The translations under genes and the position numbers were made by a program. The notes below the pieces were generated by a model that was not told where the DNA came from, ran no database searches, and worked only from the letters and a program-made list of their open reading frames with translations. Shown in pieces: positions 1-12,369 of a DNA stretch of 64,000 nucleotides (positions are counted from its first letter, which is position 1; each line of letters opens with the position of its first letter). Where the stretch lies: contig NC_089431.1 in assembly GCF_026210795.1 (NCBI RefSeq), positions 1,550,001 through 1,614,000 of the forward strand, given 5' to 3'. Source of the stretch: Rhizophagus irregularis (lineage: Eukaryota).

Positions 1-1038
1 TATAATTTTAATATTAAAAATTACAAACATTTAATAGAATTATTGAAATTTTTAAAAATCTAAATATAATTTAAAAACAATTTGTCAATATTTCTATTAT
101 TATTATATGTTATGAATTCGGTGATATAATAATATTCAAACCGTCGGTAATTAATGTATTACGATCTCGACGGCATCTACTATTTTTTTACCATATATTT
201 CTACTCCTTTTTAACTTTAATAAGAAGAAACCTGTGCGTATTAGTATGTATTGATTTTGTTGTTGAGTTTGCATCAATTCGGTGTTATTCTTTTTACTAT
301 TATGGGAAAATAGTGATAATTGTAATAATAATGGACTCATTATTCTTGTACTTGTGTTTAGGGGGGCGGTTAAAAATATTGGTCACCCCGCAGGAGTGAC
401 ACTTTTATCCCACATATATCAATAACTAGGTTATTGCATGGGTCGACAACCATAATATCGACACTGTAAAAATCCCAAAGTTCACGGTAATTTTAAAAAT
501 GCAGTGGCGCAGTAGCGGTTCTTAATTAAAATATAATTTGATTCAAAATATTTGTAAATTTTATTAATACCAATGCAAATTTTATTAATAAATTTTATTA
601 ATATTAACTAACGTTACTATATTATTAATGAAAATTAAAAGAACCTTTTTTTTTTATTTTAATTAAAAGGACTATGTACTAAATTACTAATCTATCTTCT
701 AAAATTAGAAACAATTGCACTGGGGATCCCTATGCGTCGAACAAGTTATTATATATAGTAAAAGTATATAATAAGTAAAACTTATTAAAGGATTAATACT
801 GGGGATTAATATATGAAAATATGATTGCAAACATATTCGATACTTATTTAATATTTAGCCGATAATAGCCATTAACAGTCCGTAAAATAATCTTTCATAT
901 ATGGTAAATATTGCATTATTTAATTTAGAGGCGTATTCTAAATTTGGTAAATAATCGTCTTAATGTCATTTAAGTACCGTAATACAAAATATTTCTATAG
1001 AATTTTTTTTTTCATTCATTCCCATTCATTCTCAAAAA

Positions 1039-2080
1039 ATGATAGAGACTTAAGATTATTAATAAAATAATTACATGGTTCTATAGCATTTTAGTAACAA
1101 GGTCAGAAGTATTTAATAGATTACGGATGAAAGAACGTTATAAAAACAAAATTTCTTTTCCAAAATTAGTTCTTCTGTAATAAAAATATTTACACTGGTT
1201 CAATAAAAAAGAGTCTTTAAATAAAAATAATATAATTGAAGCTTGACTTTTTACAATTATCAAACCTTCAGGAATTTATTATTAAAACTATTAAAAAATG
1301 CGGATTATATGGAAAATTATTCACCAGAATTATTTTCAAAAGCTGTAGAAATAATACCATTATCAGAAGATAATATTATCTAAATTCATTGATTGAAGAG
1401 TACATTGAATTTGTTCGATTATCTACAGTATCTTTTATCTTACATGTATGAAAAAGAAAAACCTTTTATCGTTCTAAGTATATTAAGTTTTCGATCTAGT
1501 GTTATCCTTTGCAGCAAAACAAGTTTCTAGTGATGCACATGAAACCCTTAAACAAATGGGTACTTCAGCCCAAGTAGAAAACAAATCTATTACTGTTTAA
1601 CAAAAAGTTGCAAAGAATTAAAGCTTTGATAGTTCGAATAAAAGAATATAATAGTACCATCAAAATTGTCCCGTCCAATATAATTATAGATGTCTATCGA
1701 TAAATAGCAATTTCAAGTGAAATTCGAGGAATACCAACACTCAAAGAATCAGATTATGTTTTAGATGAATCAACATGTAGAGAAGCTTATTATTGAGGCA
1801 CCAAATAGTTGTGGACTTCAAAGTGTTAGAACTAAAGACGCTTTTAGCCAATAAAGAAATTTTTGGGATGTCTACTGGATGGGTATTAGGTTCCTGTGGT
1901 AATGTTCATAATTCTAATACGGTGTCATGTTATTGTTCGCAGTTTCAAAATGATAACATATGAACGAAAGAATTTGTATTTTTTCAGTTAATGGTACAAA
2001 GTATTCGGAAGTATCAGGTAGAATAAATTACCACTCTTATCCAGTTGTAATATTACGTCATCCTCATCGAAAAAGTTAAA
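1039..2080 (+). pseudogene. Decayed BTB/POZ-SPRY family copy
   Basis: Nucleotide similarity along its length to the intact copy at 2397 (e.g. acaaggtcagaagtattt, gaaaattattcaccagaattatt, ctactggatgggtattagg, tttttcagttaatggtacaaag). Many indels and stops; no long ORF. Confidence 0.85.
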
Positions 2081-2396
2081 CTGTATTATCATTTATACTT
2101 ATTTTGGAATTTTTTTGCTTCAACATATTATAATATTCTATTATTTTATTAATATGAAAAACAGCGTATTAAAAAAAATGAAATTTGTAATGATAAGAAA
2201 ATTACTATATTCTTTCATGTGCTTGGGTAAGCCTTCCACATATCTAATTAGAAACCAACTGAATCATAGTACTCTGAATTTGGTAAATATTGACATAATT
2301 ACGCTAGATGTGATATCATACCATCTATACTTAATAAATATGGTCTAGTTTTATTTTTAAAGGATCGCTTTTTTCTCATTCCTATTCATTCTCAAA

Positions 2397-3788
2397 ATGA
2401 CAAGGGGATATTCATTAGAACAAGATTTAAAGTTATTAATAGATAATCCAAAATATAGTGATGTAGAAATATTATGTGAGGATGAAAAGAAATTACATGG
2501 TTCTAGAGCAATTTTAGCAGCAAGGTCAGAAGTATTTGACAGATTACTTTACAATGGGACGAAAGAAAACCAAATTTCTTTTCCAAAAATTAATTTTTCT
2601 GGAATGAAAATAATATTAGAATATATTTATACTGGTTCAGTTAAAAAAGAATCTATAAATAAAAACAATATAATTGAAGCTTTTCATGCTGCGGAATATT
2701 TTCAATTACCGAATCTTCAAGAATTTATTATGAAAACTGTTAAAAGTGCTCTAGAAAATAATTACGTGAATAATTATTCACCAGAATTATTATCCAAAGC
2801 TGTGAAAATAATGCCATTATCAGAAGATAATGTTATTATAAATTTATTGGTTGAAGCGGTATCAATTATACCATTAAATACTATTGAATTTGGTCGATTA
2901 TCTATCACAGCACTTCAGCATCTTTTATCATGTACGCATGGAAAAGAAAAATCTTTTGTCACTCCAGAATATGAAGTTTTCCGATATAGTGCTATTCTCG
3001 CAGCGAAACAAGTTTCTAATGATGCATATGAAACTCTTATGGAAAGGTTGCCAATTTTTGAACAAATAAAAAATTCAATACAAGCATCAAATAAACTTAT
3101 AACTGATCATCAAAAAGTCGCAAAAGAATTAGAGCCTTTGACAAAATTTATTGATTTTAGCCGAATAAAAGGACAAATTTTAACAGATATTATTGAACCC
3201 TTAGAAATTGCTCCATCGAAAATAATTATGGATGTTTATCGGCAAATAGCTAAATTAAATAATTTAAATTCAAGTGAAATTCGAGGAATACTACCAACAA
3301 TTTACGTTTGGGATGAATCAGCATGTGGGTCGGACCTTATTATTGAGGATAATGGAAAATTTGTATACGGTAAGAATAATGCACACCAAATTGTTAGAGC
3401 TAAAAGGATACTGGATAATAAAGGAATTTTTGAATGGGATGTTATTATTGAAAAATTTTGTAAAGATGCTTGGATTGGAGTATGTGCAACAGAAAATTTT
3501 AATTACGAAACCTGGCCAGGAAATCAACCTACCGGATGGATATTGGGTACAAATGGTTATTCTTATAATTCTGGTAAGAGGACATTATATTGTCCATCGT
3601 TTCAAAATGATAACGTAAAAGTAACAGTTCATTTAAATATGAATGAAAGAACTTGCGCTTTTTCAGTCAATGGTACAAAATATCCAGTAGTATCAAATTG
3701 GAATAATTTACCATCAAAACTTTATCCAGTAGCATCATTACATTATCCTGGTCGCCTTCGGATTCAGCCTTATCAATTTTTATTATAA
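2397..3788 (+). CDS. BTB/POZ + SPRY(B30.2)/ConA-like domain protein, 463 aa, intronless
   Basis: N-terminal BTB motifs (YSDVEILC..LHGSRAILAARSEVF, ILEYIYTG, AAEYFQLPNL). C-terminal SPRY-like motifs (GIFEWDVIIE, WIGVC, VTVHLNMNERTCAFSVNG, LPSKLYPVASL). Confidence 0.9.
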   Translation: MTRGYSLEQDLKLLIDNPKYSDVEILCEDEKKLHGSRAILAARSEVFDRLLYNGTKENQISFPKINFSGMKIILEYIYTGSVKKESINKNNIIEAFHAAEYFQLPNLQEFIMKTVKSALENNYVNNYSPELLSKAVKIMPLSEDNVIINLLVEAVSIIPLNTIEFGRLSITALQHLLSCTHGKEKSFVTPEYEVFRYSAILAAKQVSNDAYETLMERLPIFEQIKNSIQASNKLITDHQKVAKELEPLTKFIDFSRIKGQILTDIIEPLEIAPSKIIMDVYRQIAKLNNLNSSEIRGILPTIYVWDESACGSDLIIEDNGKFVYGKNNAHQIVRAKRILDNKGIFEWDVIIEKFCKDAWIGVCATENFNYETWPGNQPTGWILGTNGYSYNSGKRTLYCPSFQNDNVKVTVHLNMNERTCAFSVNGTKYPVVSNWNNLPSKLYPVASLHYPGRLRIQPYQFLL

Positions 3789-5760
3789 TTCTTGAAAAAT
3801 TGATTAATTCATATGACGTTCGCGGTTCTATTACCTTTTGCTCGATAATTAAAATTTAAATGATTTGAAAAAAAAAACAAATTACTTCTTTATTTAGTCC
3901 TTAATATATATCAGTAAATAGTAATATTTCTATGTATAACGTTCCCTTAGATAATATAAATTAATTTATCTACTTTTGAAATGTTTAACTAATTGCTTAC
4001 TTATGGTCGATAATATCAAGTATAAAAACTTACCGGCTTACCGTGTAAAATGATAAATTCATTGTCTAAAAACTATCAAAGTTTTAAGTGAGATCGTGTC
4101 CACTAAAAACTTATATATAGATGGTGGAGATTTTTTAAAATCTTATGTTCGTATCTTTGAAGAATCTATTAAAATTATGAAGAATTGCACTACATTCATT
4201 GTTTTCAATACCAGTAATGACAATTCTTGTTATTTTTTTTTTTAATGGATACTGATTCTTGATTTAAAAGAGAATTTATTAACTTCCTCTTTATCTGGAA
4301 AACAAGTGAGATAATCCAATTTAAATCAAATCAAATATTGTATCTTGTTCATTACTTGATAAAACAAGTTATCAAATCTCCTTCTTCTTGTCACTTTATT
4401 ATTAACCCCATAATCCGATAATTTTAATCATACTATATTAAGGTTATAATGCAGGCTACATTACATAATTTCTTTTCCAGAGCTTTTACTCCAGTGAGAT
4501 TTCGGAAAAAATGATATTACGTTTTGGGTAAACTATAAAAAATTCTTCTATCGCACAAGTCTATTATACAATACCTCGTTTCTAAATCTAGACGTGACAA
4601 CCTCGAAAACTGTATAAGAAATACATTTATTTTTCTTAATACTATCGTTATTATTTGGCGCTGAATGATGATGACAGGTTTAAGTGATGACGTTCACCTT
4701 TCATTAATCATATACTATACGTTACCGACAATAATGGCAATGGAATTCGCGACTCTTCAAGGAATTTCTGCACCATTATTATAGTCAATGAGATGGGACA
4801 GGGAGCTACAGCTTGCTGCGAAATGAAAATGAATGGCGGAAAATTCGGATCGTTAACAATACGCTGTTGAAATAGTTATAACTATAATAATGATGCAAGT
4901 TTTATCTAGCTTTTTAGGATTATTTCCAAAATTAATGAAAATGCTATTCCTAAAGAATTTCTTATTAATGGAGTTTGAATTTTCTTAAAATTGTGAAAAA
5001 TTTTATTAATTCATTGATTATTAAATTGAAAACCATACGGAAGGTTTCCGTTTCAAATATAATAAAAATAGAGTAGATGTTTCAAGGAGTCTATCTATAT
5101 AATGAAGGGTAAAAGTCACCACATTTTCGAAATTTTCTAAAGTATTTTAATTGTTTTCATAATAATTCGCAGCACGAAAAGCTTTCTATTTTATTTAGAT
5201 TCTTTTTAATTGAACCGGTATAACTATGTATTCTAGAATAATTTTTCTTTTAGAAGAATAGATTTTTGTAAAATAATTTGATTGTAAAATACTTTTGACT
5301 TTCCGCTAAAATTTTTCTAAACCACATTCTTGCATATTACATATTTATATAATATTTACATATAATTTTTACTAATTTTTACTAACTAGTAAATTCTTTA
5401 TTTAAAAATCATTTAATAATATAGCTCGCATTTTAATTCTATCATTACATATTTATATATTTCTATATTTATTAGATTAACCTTCTCGTCATATCTGAGA
5501 ATGAAAAAACGATTTTAATATGAAAGATTTCAATATTATACAAAGAAGACAGAAGACATCAAAAAAATTTGGAAAAAATTTGTCGCACATTTCATCGCCT
5601 CAAATATAAATATATATTATCTCTCTTTCATATTAGTAAAAACAAATAAAATTACATTTTTGTTATTCTAATAATATAAAATTCGAACGTTCAATGTTAA
5701 TGAAAAGTATTTGCTATAAAAAAATTTTTCAATAATCATACTAATACATTTTTTCTTTAA

Positions 5761-7149
5761 TTATCGAATTATTTGATAAGGCAGAATTCGAAGACGACCA
5801 GGATGACTTATTGATACTACTGGAAAAAGTTTTGACGGTAAATCCTTCACTGATATTTCCTTATACTTTGTACCATCAATTGAAAAAGCACAAGTTTTTT
5901 TATACATATTTAGGTGAACAGTTATTTTTGTATTATCCTTTCTAAATTGTAAACAATAATTTGATCCTTTATTAGAATTCTTAAAATGACCATAGGAACC
6001 TAATACCCAACCGGTAGATTGATATCCTGCCCGCTTTTCATAATCAAAATTTTCTGATGCACATACCCCAACCCAAGTATCAACACAATATTTTTCAATA
6101 ATAACGTTCCATTCAAAAATTCCTTTATAATCTAATGGCATTTTAGCTCTAACACTTAGATGTCCACAACCATCCGGTGCATGCACAACTTTTCCATTGT
6201 CTTCAATTGATCCACATGCTGATTCATCCCAAACATAATCTGATTCTGTAAATTTATACATTGATATTCCTCGAACTCCACTAGGAAATAAATTATTTGA
6301 TTTAGCTATCTGACGATAAACACTTACAATCATATTAGATGGAGTGATTTCTAATGGTTCGATAATATCGGATAAAATTTGACTTTCTATTTGACTAAAA
6401 TCAATAAAATGAGCCAAAGGCTCCAATTCATTGGCAACTTTTTGATGACCAGTAATAGAATTATTACGTACTTGGTTTGAATCCTCTATTTGGTCTAAGG
6501 CCGGTAACTGTTCCATAAGAGTTTCATACGCACCATTAGAAACTTGTTTTGCTGCAAGAATAGCATTATATCGAAAAACTTCATATTCTGGAGTGGCAAA
6601 AGGTTTTTCTTTTTTATACGTGCAGGATAAAAGATGTCGAAGTGCTTTAATAGATAATCGATCAGGTTCAATAGTATCCAATGGTATAATTGATACCGTT
6701 TCAACCAATAAATTTAGAAGAATATTATTTTCTGATAATGACATTATATCCATAATTTTGGATAATAATTCTGGTGAATAATTTTCCAAATAATCCGCAT
6801 TTTTAATAATATTCATAATAAATTCCTGAAGTGATGGTAATTTAAAATTATCTGCAGCATAATAAGTTTCAATTATGTTATTTTTATTTAAAGATTCTTT
6901 ATTAATTGAACCAGTATAAATATATTCTAATATAATATTCATTACGAAAGAATTAATTTTTGGAAAAGAAATTTGGGTTTCTTTCATCCCACTATAAAGT
7001 AATCTGTCAAATACTTCAGACCTTGCCGCTAAAATTGCTCTAGAACCATATAATTTCTTTTCATTTTCACATAATATTTCTATATCGCTACATTTTTCAT
7101 TATCTATTAATAATTTTAAATCTTGTTCTAACGAATATCCTCTCGTCAT
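5761..7149 (-). CDS. BTB/POZ-SPRY family protein
   Basis: ORF track 5761..7311; start placed at the family-conserved MTRGYSLEQ ATG (7149). Same motifs as the 2397 copy. Confidence 0.9.
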   Translation of the reverse strand: MTRGYSLEQDLKLLIDNEKCSDIEILCENEKKLYGSRAILAARSEVFDRLLYSGMKETQISFPKINSFVMNIILEYIYTGSINKESLNKNNIIETYYAADNFKLPSLQEFIMNIIKNADYLENYSPELLSKIMDIMSLSENNILLNLLVETVSIIPLDTIEPDRLSIKALRHLLSCTYKKEKPFATPEYEVFRYNAILAAKQVSNGAYETLMEQLPALDQIEDSNQVRNNSITGHQKVANELEPLAHFIDFSQIESQILSDIIEPLEITPSNMIVSVYRQIAKSNNLFPSGVRGISMYKFTESDYVWDESACGSIEDNGKVVHAPDGCGHLSVRAKMPLDYKGIFEWNVIIEKYCVDTWVGVCASENFDYEKRAGYQSTGWVLGSYGHFKNSNKGSNYCLQFRKDNTKITVHLNMYKKTCAFSIDGTKYKEISVKDLPSKLFPVVSISHPGRLRILPYQIIR

Positions 7150-7604
7150 TTTTGAGAATGAGAGAATTTTTAACCACATAAAAAACGTACAATATGTCCA
7201 ATAAATGTCAAGTAAATGTTCATAATAGGGTCGATTTTCCGAACAAAAAACCGACAGTGTTTGGACAATATTTTTTACAGGGATACTTATCACATGGTAT
7301 TGACGCATCACAATTTAATTTCGAACTTAACAACCCTAAAAAAAAGTAGGATCAAAAGATCAGGCCAACCAAAACAAATCAAATCCAACCGAAAAACCCA
7401 ACCGACCGGGACATAAACAGGCCTTATATTATCCATAATATTGCGAACAGGGCTTTTTCTTAAGAAATTTCAATTTTTAATAAAGAAAAATTCTTATTTC
7501 GTTATCTCAAATATATAGTACATTATCGCTATTCAATTAATAAAAATAATAGTGATTTATTATTCAATAATCAGAAATATATATGATTTTTTTCAAATAT
7601 TCAT

Positions 7605-7655
7605 AAATCAAACTTTACGATAAGGCAGAATTCGAATGCGAGCGGGACGCTATTA
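7605..7655 (-). pseudogene. Last codons of a deleted BTB-SPRY copy
   Basis: tcaaactttacgataaggcagaattcgaatgcgagcg matches the 3' end (..ARIRILPY..) of the 8529 gene and is followed by the same 3' flank. Confidence 0.7.
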
Positions 7656-7834
7656 TACATTATTATGTAGCCAAATGGGATCATGTTGTTTTTAACATAC
7701 TGATATTTTTTAAATAAATTATTATTGCGTAAATATCTCTGATATTTTTGACGCATTACGTCATATAGATTATTATCACACATTTACTATGCTTTTCATA
7801 TGGAACATGATCTTGGACGTCTGCATAATAACAC

Positions 7835-7914
7835 AGTTATTAGGTAGGGGGGTTAAAATATCATCCGAACTGCTTCGCAGTTCGGTGATATTTCAACTCC
7901 CCTACCCAATAACT
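7835..7914. repeat. 80-bp near-perfect hairpin (fold-back / mini-MITE)
   Basis: agttattaggtaggggggttaaaatatcatccgaactgc-ttc-gcagttcggtgatatttcaactcccctacccaataact; arms of ~38 bp with about 4 differences. Confidence 0.85.
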
Positions 7915-8528
7915 ATTATATATTTGTTATAATTTAATACAAGATGCGGTGATTGAGAATTTTTAACCACATAAAAAACGTACAATATGTCCAATAAATG
8001 TCAAGTAAATGTTCAGAATAGGGTCTATTTTCCGAATAAAAAACCGACAGTGTTTGGACAATATTTTTTATAGGGATACCTATCACATGGTATTGACGCA
8101 TCACAATTTAATTTCGAACTTAACAACCCTAAAAAAAGGTAGGATCAAAAGTTCGGGTTTAGTTTGTGTTGTACAAAAAAAACTAGGACAACCAAAACAA
8201 ATAAAATCCAACCGAAAAACCCAACCGACCGGAAATAAAAAGGCCTTATATTATCCATGAGATCGCGAAATCGATCACCAATTTTTGGACCGGTATCAGC
8301 AACCAATTATCTAGGAGTACAGTACAAATCTGCGATCAATCCAGTCTGATCTAGAATTGAACAGGGCTTAAGTTTCGCGGTTTCTTAAGAAATTTCAAGT
8401 TTTTAATAAAGAAAAATTCTAATTTCATTATCTCAAAATATACGTTATCGCTATTCAATTAATAAAAGTAATTGTGATTTATTATTCAATAATCAGATAT
8501 ATATATGATTTTTTCAAACATTCATAAA

Positions 8529-9932
8529 TCAAACTATACTATAAGGCAGAATTCGAATGCGAGCGTGACGGTATAATGATACTACTGGATAAAGTTTTGA
8601 TGGTAATTCCTTCACTGATACTTCCTTATACTTTGTACCATCAACTGAAAAAGCGAAAGTTTTTTTATTCATATCTAGGTGAACAGTTATTTTTGTATTA
8701 TTCTTTTTAAAGTGTGGACAATAATTTGATCTACCACCATTATAATCGCTAATATTACCATCTGTACCTAATGCCCTTGAAGTAGGTTGTCCCACCCACT
8801 TTTCATAATTAAAATTTTCTGATGCACATACCCCAACCCAAGTATTTACACAATGTGTTTCAATAATAACACTCCATTCAAAAATTCCTTTACAATTTAA
8901 TGGCATCTTAGCTCTAACACATTGATGTTGTTCACAACCATTTGGTGCGTACACAACTTTTCCATTATCTTCAATAATAAGTTTCGATCCACACGCTGAT
9001 TTATCCCAAACATAATCTGATTCTTTGAACTTATACATTGTAAATGGTATTCCTCGAATTTCACCTGAAACTAAATTACTTGATTTAGCCATTTTCCGAT
9101 AAACATCCATAATTATTTTTGATGGAGCAATTTCTAAGGGTTCAATAATATCTGTTAAAATTTGTCCTTTTATTCGGCTAAAATTAATAAATTCAACCAA
9201 AGGCTCTAATTCTTTTGCGACTTTTTGATAATCAGGAATAAATTTATTCGATGCTTGTATTGAATTTTTTGTTTGTTCTAAGGCCGGTAACCGTTCCATA
9301 ATAGCTTCATACGCATCATTAGAAACTTGTTTTGCTGCAAGAATAGCACTATATCGAAAAACTTCATATTCTGGAGTGGCAAAAGGTTTTTCCTTTTCAT
9401 ACGTGCAAGATAAAAGATATCGAAGTGCTTTAATAGATAATCGATCAGGTTCAATAGTATCCAATGGTATAATTGATACCGTTTCAACCAATAAATTTAG
9501 AAGAATATTATCTTCTGATAATGGCATTATACCCACAACTTTAGATAATAATTCTGGTGAATAATTTTCCAAATAATCCGCATTTTTAATAGTTGTCAAA
9601 ATAATTTCCTTAAGAGATGGTAATTGGAAATAATCCGCAGCATAAAAGGTTTCAATTATATTATTTTTATTTAAAGATTCTTTTTTAATTGAACCAGTAT
9701 AAATATATTCTAGTATAAATTTCATTACGGAAGAATTAATTTTTGGAAAAGAAATTTGGGTTTCTTTCGTCCCATTGTAAAGTAATCTGTCAAATACTTC
9801 TGACCTTGCTGCTAAAATTGCTCTAGAGCCATGTAATTTCTTTTCATTTTCACATAATATTACGAGATCACTATATTTTTCATTATCTATTAATAACCTT
9901 AAATCTTGTTCTAATGAATTTCCTCTCGTCAT
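8529..9932 (-). CDS. BTB/POZ-SPRY family protein
   Basis: ORF track 8529..10013; start placed at the conserved MTRGNSLEQ ATG (9932). Full BTB and SPRY motifs. Confidence 0.9.
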   Translation of the reverse strand: MTRGNSLEQDLRLLIDNEKYSDLVILCENEKKLHGSRAILAARSEVFDRLLYNGTKETQISFPKINSSVMKFILEYIYTGSIKKESLNKNNIIETFYAADYFQLPSLKEIILTTIKNADYLENYSPELLSKVVGIMPLSEDNILLNLLVETVSIIPLDTIEPDRLSIKALRYLLSCTYEKEKPFATPEYEVFRYSAILAAKQVSNDAYEAIMERLPALEQTKNSIQASNKFIPDYQKVAKELEPLVEFINFSRIKGQILTDIIEPLEIAPSKIIMDVYRKMAKSSNLVSGEIRGIPFTMYKFKESDYVWDKSACGSKLIIEDNGKVVYAPNGCEQHQCVRAKMPLNCKGIFEWSVIIETHCVNTWVGVCASENFNYEKWVGQPTSRALGTDGNISDYNGGRSNYCPHFKKNNTKITVHLDMNKKTFAFSVDGTKYKEVSVKELPSKLYPVVSLYRHARIRILPYSIV

Positions 9933-10071
9933 TTTTGAGAATGAAAATGAGAATGAGAATAAAAAAAAAAATATTAAGGCTAAGCATCTAAGTACGTAAT
10001 AGTGCATCGGCATTTACCAAGTTTAGAATACCATGATCAACAGAAATTTCCCCTAAATTGGATACTCTGCT

Positions 10072-10305
10072 AGGACCCAGAAATATATATATAGGGGTCA
10101 GGTGATGAAAAAAATTTTTTACTATGAGCTGTACGCATTTTTTCAGGGCCGGAATTATGATAATGCCAGTCGGTTACTATAATAGGAAATAAAAGTCTGA
10201 CTGGCATTATCAAAAATTATCTAAAAAAGGAAAGATTTTCATGACTTTTTTAGTTCAAAATATGCAAACTCAAACCTGACCCTTTTATATATATTTCTGG
10301 GTCCT
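10072..10305. mobile_element. MITE (AGGACCC...GGGTCCT family), copy 1
   Basis: TIRs aggacccagaaatatatatataggggtcagg / cctgacccttttatatatatttctgggtcct. Flanks actctgct / actcttct look like an 8-bp TSD with one mismatch. A related copy lies at 24233. Confidence 0.85.
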
Positions 10306-10370
10306 ACTCTTCTGCTGTTCAATTAATAAAATATTCAATAAATATCATGATTTTTTTCAAACATTCAAAA

Positions 10371-10700
10371 TTAAACTTTTCGATAAAGTAGTATTCGAAT
10401 GCGAGCAGAATTACATAATGATACTTCTGGATAAAGTTTTGATGACGAACTATTAACTAATACTTCCGAATATTTTGTATCATTAACTGAAAAAGCGCAA
10501 GTTTTTTTATACATATTTAAATGAACTGTTACTTTAACGTCATTATTTTGAAATTGTGAGCAATACTTCAATCCCTTGTTAGAATTATGGAAGTAACCAC
10601 AGGTGCCTAAAGCCCATCCAGTAGGTTGACATCCTGCCCAGGATTCATAACTAAAATTTTCTGATTCACATATTCCTTATACCAAAATTTCTCAATAATA
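10371..10700 (-). pseudogene. SPRY-domain (3') fragment of a BTB-SPRY copy
   Basis: Translates to ..SENFSYESWAGCQPTGWALGTCGYFHNSNKGLKYCSQFQNNDVKVTVHLNMYKKTCAFSVN.. and is nearly identical to 40540-40720. The upstream part is missing. Confidence 0.85.
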
Positions 10701-10709
10701 CTTTGCTAA

Positions 10710-10876
10710 GGGCAGTGACATATAGCTAATATTATTTTAATAGTAACGTTTACTCCCCCACCCCAGGTAAGATTTTATGATCAATCACAACCATTTCACA
10801 TGGTTCATATTATGTGTAACCTAAGATTTTCTTTCTCCCCCACCCCCTAAATATTAGCTAATATATGTCATTGCCC
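10710..10876. mobile_element. PIF/Harbinger-like MITE
   Basis: TIRs gggcagtgacatatagctaatatt / aatattagctaatatatgtcattgccc with TAA on both sides (10707-09, 10877-79). A 3-bp TAA TSD and GGGC ends are typical of PIF/Harbinger. Confidence 0.75.
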
Positions 10877-12369
10877 TAACAACCTAAAATTTTTAAATGT
10901 ACTATACAAACCATGATAAAATACTTGTTATTGGGTTTGTAGAGCCATTTCAACGTATTAATTTATCGATATATACGTAGTATATTGCATTATGAAAAAG
11001 ATGCCAATACATATCCCGAAATTCTGATAAAGTCATCAAAATGAAAATTGATTAATAAAATATATTAATTAACATGTAACGAAATAGAAGAGCAAAATTA
11101 ATAAGTTATGTTATACAGCTAAATAGAAAAACTCATTGTGCAAATATTCCAAATTATTTGTTTATGCTCATTTGTACAATTTGCTTTACAGAATTACAGT
11201 TATGTACAAAATGTACGTGCAAATTTTGATCAATAATATGAAAAGAATGAATATGAGGCCATAAGTCGTCCTTTGATTCTTGAAGACCATAGATTCTACA
11301 TCCAGCAAGGTCATCTATTCGGCCAGTATCATAATACCAATCTAAAATAAAAAATACATATTTTTTATAATCATTTGCTTGGTGCGTAAAAATTCCTCTA
11401 ATAAGGGCGTGTCCCGTTCCATCATCTTCTATATCACCTACATGAAATCATGAATATTGGCAAAATCATATGTTTAGATAATTAGTAGCCAATCATTTTC
11501 TGATCACATGATAAAATTATATGTCAAAAACTATCACCCAGCGCAGTATGATAAAAAAATAAGGGCTGTGCGAATCGCATATATTATTTTTTAGTTTTAC
11601 TGGGGTGTTATCCTATTTCTTCAAAGTCGGAAAGAATAATGAAATAGGACCGCGGTATACCGCAATGTGAAAAATTCTTTGTTGCAACACAGGACCTACT
11701 CTATAAGTAAATAATGACGACGAAAGCATGTGTTGTGAAGGGGAATCCGTCAAGTTTATTAGCAAATGTATCGTTCTTGACCCACTACGCGGTGTTGACT
11801 TGACCTGCATAATATATTTTACAATAAGGAGGGTCAAGATGATGCCACCAGAAGGGTCAAGTCCGATACTTTTGCAGTTTATTATCCTGGGAGTGTGGAC
11901 GAAAGACGTATGCAAACACAGGCTTTGATTTCCGCTTATTTCAAAGGAGATCCACCAGCAAATTTATACCATGTAGTGGCGTCCCCCATACCCGCCAAGT
12001 TATTAGAATTTTTTTATCTATATTCACATCATGTAGCATCTATTTGCAATTTTTATGTATTGTAAGCCAGTTCCGGCAACGTTTTTTTATTTTCTTTAAA
12101 GCATATATTATATTCTTGTCGTAAATCCACCCCCTTGATCTATCAATTCTATCCCGAAAAAATTCTACCTATTTTCTCCTGAAATATTCTCTGGCTTCGA
12201 GCATGTGCGAGCAATAAATGTCACGTGAAATGATACAATGCCTGTGTGACATAAAAACCTATAAATTGTTCACTTCAGTGAACGCCTGCCACAGAAAATA
12301 CTTTTTCCCTACTCCGAACGTAACACATCTTTTTACCCGAGCCTAATACCCATATAAAAACGCAACACT

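Larger units (their letters stand above)
7160..8570. repeat. Direct duplication of the BTB intergenic block (~7160-7650 vs ~7955-8570)
   Basis: gagaatttttaaccacataaaaaacgtacaatatgtcc through cataaatcaaact..ataaggcagaattcgaatgcgagcg occurs twice about 800 bp apart. The twin small ORFs 7216 and 8009 reflect this. Confidence 0.9.

Noticed and set aside
4100..5100. Possible decayed coding sequence on the minus strand
   Set aside because: Coding-like composition, but no ORF or motif I can identify.
2884..9564. Short alternate-frame and antisense ORFs inside BTB genes (also inside the LINEs and oxidoreductase)
   Set aside because: Shadow ORFs, repeated only because the host genes are paralogous.
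7150..10013. N-terminal extensions on BTB ORFs (7311, 10013; likewise 39321)
   Set aside because: They are unrelated between paralogues, while all share the MT(R/K)G.SLEQ start; probably open by chance.
11613..11928. Overlapping ORFs with a faint Mrr-like (GGI..MQVK) pattern
   Set aside because: The motif is incomplete and too short to support a call.
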